Source: a virus (lineage: Duplodnaviria > Caudoviricetes). From it: DNA of 27,247 nucleotides. The stretch is from positions 1-27,247 of IMG/VR virus record IMGVR_UViG_3300005517_000038; one strand, 5' to 3'. Positions 23,961-27,247 of this stretch are shown piece by piece. The translations under genes and the position numbers were made by a program. The notes beneath the pieces were generated by a model. It worked only from the letters and a program-made list of their open reading frames with translations, was not told where the DNA came from and did not search any database. How positions within the stretch are numbered: position 1 is the stretch's first letter; every line of letters begins with the position of its first letter.

Positions 23961-25073
23961 ATGGAACAAAACGTAAACAAAGCTGCGTCTTGGGAGGATG
24001 TGCTTTCGGATAATTATAATGCCGAGCCACAAGCCGAACAGGTGCAAGAAACAGTACCGCCTACTGGAGAAGAAACTCCTCAAGCTGAAAATACTACCGA
24101 TGCTGCTGGAAATCCAGTAGAACATCAAGAACAAATCGAAGAACAAGCTGAGGAGCAAGTTGATGAACAACAATACCAAGCTCCGCAGTACGAAGAAGAA
24201 GATGATTACTATGAGCCACAATATCAAGCTCCAGTAACATTAGAAGATTTAGATGAGGATACTATTTATGAGTATCTATCTATTAAAAAAACTAATTATG
24301 ACGAGGTAAATGATATCGATGTCGTAGCTGGTTTTATATCTTCAGAAAATCCTAAATGGGATACTGATGATATTGAGTTTGAGCTTGAACAAAAATATGG
24401 TTCAGCTCTATTTGAGGATAAGGTTGATTTGCAAGAAATTGATAAAGATATTTATCCAGATGAATACAAAGAGGCTGTTAAAATCAATAAAGAGATTGAC
24501 AGAGCTCAAAAACTTTTAAAACGTGATGCGTTAGATAAACGTGCTGAATTAGAAGAATTAAAACAGAACATTCAATTACCAACATCGGGAAATAAACAAA
24601 CCGATAATAATGTTAGCAAAACTTCGGCAGAAGAAACTCATCAGGGTCTAAGTCCAGAGCAAATTCAATATTTGCAAAAACAATGGGTTGATTCTGTTGA
24701 AAGAGATGTTCCAAGTGTTAACGAGTTCAAGTTTAATTTAGGAGACGAGGAAGTTTCCTATAAAGTAACAGAGGACGAACAACAACAATTGGTTCAGAAA
24801 ATGAGAGATTTCAATGCTGAAAACTATTTAGTGGACCGTGGATGGGTTAACCAGGATGGAACTCCAAATGTTAAGAAGATTACCGAGGATGTGTATATTC
24901 TTGAGAATGCGGAGAAAATGTTCAAGTCTGGTTGGACGCAAGCTAAAGAAAAGGCAAAGATGGATATTATCGGAAAGGATATTAAAAACATTAACCTTGG
25001 CTCCCCTAACACTTCATTTGATGCTAAAGGTGGAAACCCTTATGATTTTGGTGATTACGTGTTAAGCTTATAA
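23961..25073 (+). CDS. Acidic head scaffolding-like protein
   Basis: E/Q/D-rich low-complexity N-terminus and coiled coil; between portal and MCP. Confidence 0.65.
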   Translation: MEQNVNKAASWEDVLSDNYNAEPQAEQVQETVPPTGEETPQAENTTDAAGNPVEHQEQIEEQAEEQVDEQQYQAPQYEEEDDYYEPQYQAPVTLEDLDEDTIYEYLSIKKTNYDEVNDIDVVAGFISSENPKWDTDDIEFELEQKYGSALFEDKVDLQEIDKDIYPDEYKEAVKINKEIDRAQKLLKRDALDKRAELEELKQNIQLPTSGNKQTDNNVSKTSAEETHQGLSPEQIQYLQKQWVDSVERDVPSVNEFKFNLGDEEVSYKVTEDEQQQLVQKMRDFNAENYLVDRGWVNQDGTPNVKKITEDVYILENAEKMFKSGWTQAKEKAKMDIIGKDIKNINLGSPNTSFDAKGGNPYDFGDYVLSL

Positions 25074-25105
25074 ACATAATATTAACAATTTAAAAATTTA
25101 AAAAA

Positions 25106-26443
25106 ATGGCAACTACTCCAAGTACCTTTAGTACCGCGTCTGCAACCAGACAAGGTACGTTAATCTCGGAACTTAATATCGTTGTACCACGTGCGTACAA
25201 AGAATTTATAGATAAGTTTCAATTCGTTCCATATGTAATGATGAACGAGCTTGCTGGTAACACTATGGCTACCGACAACAAATTATTTTACCACTACGAA
25301 TCAAAAGGTCGTCAAATGTCTTTTGTTACTTCATCTAACGCTGCAACTCCTGCTGCTGGTGCTTCTACTACAGTAAATATTGCTGCTGCTGATACCTATG
25401 CTTCTGGAACTAAATCTTTACCAGAAGTTGGTATGATTATGTACAACTCACGTACTGGTGTTGAATCTCGTGTAACTGCTGTCAATAAAGCAACTGCATC
25501 TGCTCACACAATGGCTATTACTCCAGTTATCTCAACCGAGGCTGCAACATTTGTTATTGGTGATACATTCCAGGGTCGTGGTTTTAAATATGTTGGTGAA
25601 GCATCTGATTACACAACTACTCAGGTTCAAACTATCGACAAATTTACTAACTTCGCTTCTCAAATCCGTATTGACTCTCGTTTTACTGACTTGAACTTAG
25701 CTGAAGCAATTGACTTTGAATATGATGGTCAACGCTACTACAAGTACAAGCAATTAGCTGATGATAACAAAAAATTCTTGTTACAAAAAGAATTGATGTT
25801 AATGGACTCTAACTTAACCGACAACTTAGGTTATACTGAGACTGGTTCTGCTGGTGTTATCCAACAGACTGAAGCTAACGGTTTAAACATCGGTTATAGC
25901 ACTTTTGGTGCTCAAACTACTTTCGCAGACATCGAGCGTCAATTAGACTCTCAAGGTGCTCCTGCTGAGTACGATTGGTTATGTGATGTAAACCAAGATA
26001 TTGCTATCCAAAATGCTTTGGGTAATGATTTCAACAACGGTGCTATTCTTTACGCACAAAACCAAGATTCATCTAACTTAGATTTAGGTCGTGGTTTTAA
26101 ATCATTCCAACCTTATCACCGTAAGTTTAACTTCACTCGTTACTTGCCTTTCTCTGACGCTGCTTTCTACGGTTCAAATCCTGCTGGTAGCTTGCGTAAG
26201 AACTTCGGTTTATTGATTCCAAAAGGAACTTCAACCGATGCTAAGACTCGCAACGTAGTACCTCGTTTCAACATCCGCTACCAAGATATTCTTGGAAACG
26301 GACAGAAAGTTCAAATTGCTGAAACTGGTGCATTAGCAAAAGTTCCAACTTCTGCTAAGATGGAGTTAACTGTTTCTCAAGTTGGATACTTCGGTGTTCA
26401 AGTTATGGGTGCAAATCAATATGCTATCGTAAAAGGTGCATAA
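25106..26443 (+). CDS. Major capsid protein
   Basis: 445 aa, highly biased codons, position after scaffold, strong terminator after; Ala/Thr-rich insertion domain. Confidence 0.85.
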   Translation: MATTPSTFSTASATRQGTLISELNIVVPRAYKEFIDKFQFVPYVMMNELAGNTMATDNKLFYHYESKGRQMSFVTSSNAATPAAGASTTVNIAAADTYASGTKSLPEVGMIMYNSRTGVESRVTAVNKATASAHTMAITPVISTEAATFVIGDTFQGRGFKYVGEASDYTTTQVQTIDKFTNFASQIRIDSRFTDLNLAEAIDFEYDGQRYYKYKQLADDNKKFLLQKELMLMDSNLTDNLGYTETGSAGVIQQTEANGLNIGYSTFGAQTTFADIERQLDSQGAPAEYDWLCDVNQDIAIQNALGNDFNNGAILYAQNQDSSNLDLGRGFKSFQPYHRKFNFTRYLPFSDAAFYGSNPAGSLRKNFGLLIPKGTSTDAKTRNVVPRFNIRYQDILGNGQKVQIAETGALAKVPTSAKMELTVSQVGYFGVQVMGANQYAIVKGA

Positions 26444-26451
26444 TTAATACT

Positions 26452-26478
26452 GGGGGAGGGTTCGCTCTCCCCCTTTAT
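26452..26478 (+). terminator. Intrinsic terminator after MCP
   Basis: GGGGGAGGG-TTCG-CTCTCCCCC followed by TTTAT. Confidence 0.8.
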
Positions 26479-26513
26479 ATTTTAAATAAAAAAGGAAGAA
26501 AAATTAAATTATT

Positions 26514-27247
26514 ATGGAAGAGACACAAGTAAAGAAAAAAGGTAACCCAAATTTTGTAAAGAAACAAGATGATGGTTTAAATGATTTTAACAAAGTATAC
26601 ACCTTTGTTTTAACAAAGACATACGAAAAGTATAAACCAGTAGATGGTGAAACTGGTCAGAGATATCTGAACCCATATCCACCAATATACAAGCTACCAA
26701 GTGAAGGCAGAACAATTGATGATGCTACTGGTAAAAATAGAATGTGGAGATGTATTAAGGGTTTTGATTCTATCTGGCAAGATGAACAAGAAGGAATTGA
26801 AGTAGTAACATTAGATGATTTAGAGGATTTGATATTTATTGATGGTAGAATGATTGTTAAAGGTTTTGAAAAAAACAAATTAGCAGCACTATTCAATCAA
26901 GATTCTTATCAAGGTAAAAAATACAAAAAGAATGATGTACCATCTGCTTTCAGATTGGTTGACGAAGATTTAGACATTAACAAAGCTTTAGATAGCTTAG
27001 ATTCTGAATACGAAGCATTGAAAATTGCTAAAGAATGTAGTAATGAAGAAATGTTGCCATTTGCACACGTATTAGGTATTAATACAGATGCTGCAACAAA
27101 TTCAATAAGAAGAGACTTCATTATGAAGGCAAAGTCAAATCCATTATACTTTGTTAAGTATTTTGTTGACCCTAAAAATGAAATCGTATACAACGTGTTT
27201 AAAGCGTTAAATGAAAATATCATTTCAGCCTCAGCAATTGAAGGTAA
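26514..27247 (+). CDS. Conserved post-MCP protein, truncated by the window end; not in ORF track
   Basis: Open from ATG 26514 (MEETQVKKKGNP...SIWQDEQEG...LIFIDGRMIV) to the end of the window. Confidence 0.8.
   Translation, partial: MEETQVKKKGNPNFVKKQDDGLNDFNKVYTFVLTKTYEKYKPVDGETGQRYLNPYPPIYKLPSEGRTIDDATGKNRMWRCIKGFDSIWQDEQEGIEVVTLDDLEDLIFIDGRMIVKGFEKNKLAALFNQDSYQGKKYKKNDVPSAFRLVDEDLDINKALDSLDSEYEALKIAKECSNEEMLPFAHVLGINTDAATNSIRRDFIMKAKSNPLYFVKYFVDPKNEIVYNVFKALNENIISASAIEG

Noticed and set aside
470-27223. Numerous antisense or shadow ORFs (e.g. 470..661, 744..989, 18862..19347, 23859..24227, 26657..26896, 26909..27223)
   Set aside because: They overlap better-supported genes on the opposite strand.
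1-27247. Stop-codon reassignment
   Set aside because: TerL, portal and MCP are uninterrupted in the standard code, and TAG/TGA act as ordinary stops.

Overview
AT-rich 27 kb segment of a tailed dsDNA phage. The host is most likely Bacteroidota, inferred from many TTTG-N19/20-TAnnTTTG promoters and a podovirus-type head module resembling Bacteroidota phages. Layout: (1) 53-1898 (+): Rad52/Sak-like annealing protein, DnaA-C-terminal HTH protein, HNH protein. (2) 1895-7713 (-): about 25 tiny, probably early genes. (3) About 7990-8890: non-coding and repeat/palindrome-rich, a candidate genome end or packaging region. (4) 8895-12060 (-): nuclease-like protein, glycosyltransferase, lysozyme. (5) 12137-27247 (mostly +): basic small proteins, SSB-like protein, glycosyltransferase, GroES-like protein, TerL, portal, scaffold, major capsid protein. 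The most striking signal is RNA-level architecture on the minus-strand early transcript. A promoter is followed by a structured leader, an rrn-type boxA and a complete type III hammerhead ribozyme (7727-7782). Downstream lie a tRNA-like acceptor/T-arm element (7316-7358) and a second, variant type I hammerhead (6698-6747) that overlaps a stop codon. Double cleavage would release a 1073-nt, three-ORF RNA with ligatable ends. About 12 early genes share an AACCC(C)UUAA motif before the start codon. A separate promoter-driven, ORF-less structured region at about 15320-15650 (-) is a candidate ncRNA. All protein calls are from motif recognition by eye; no database searches were run.
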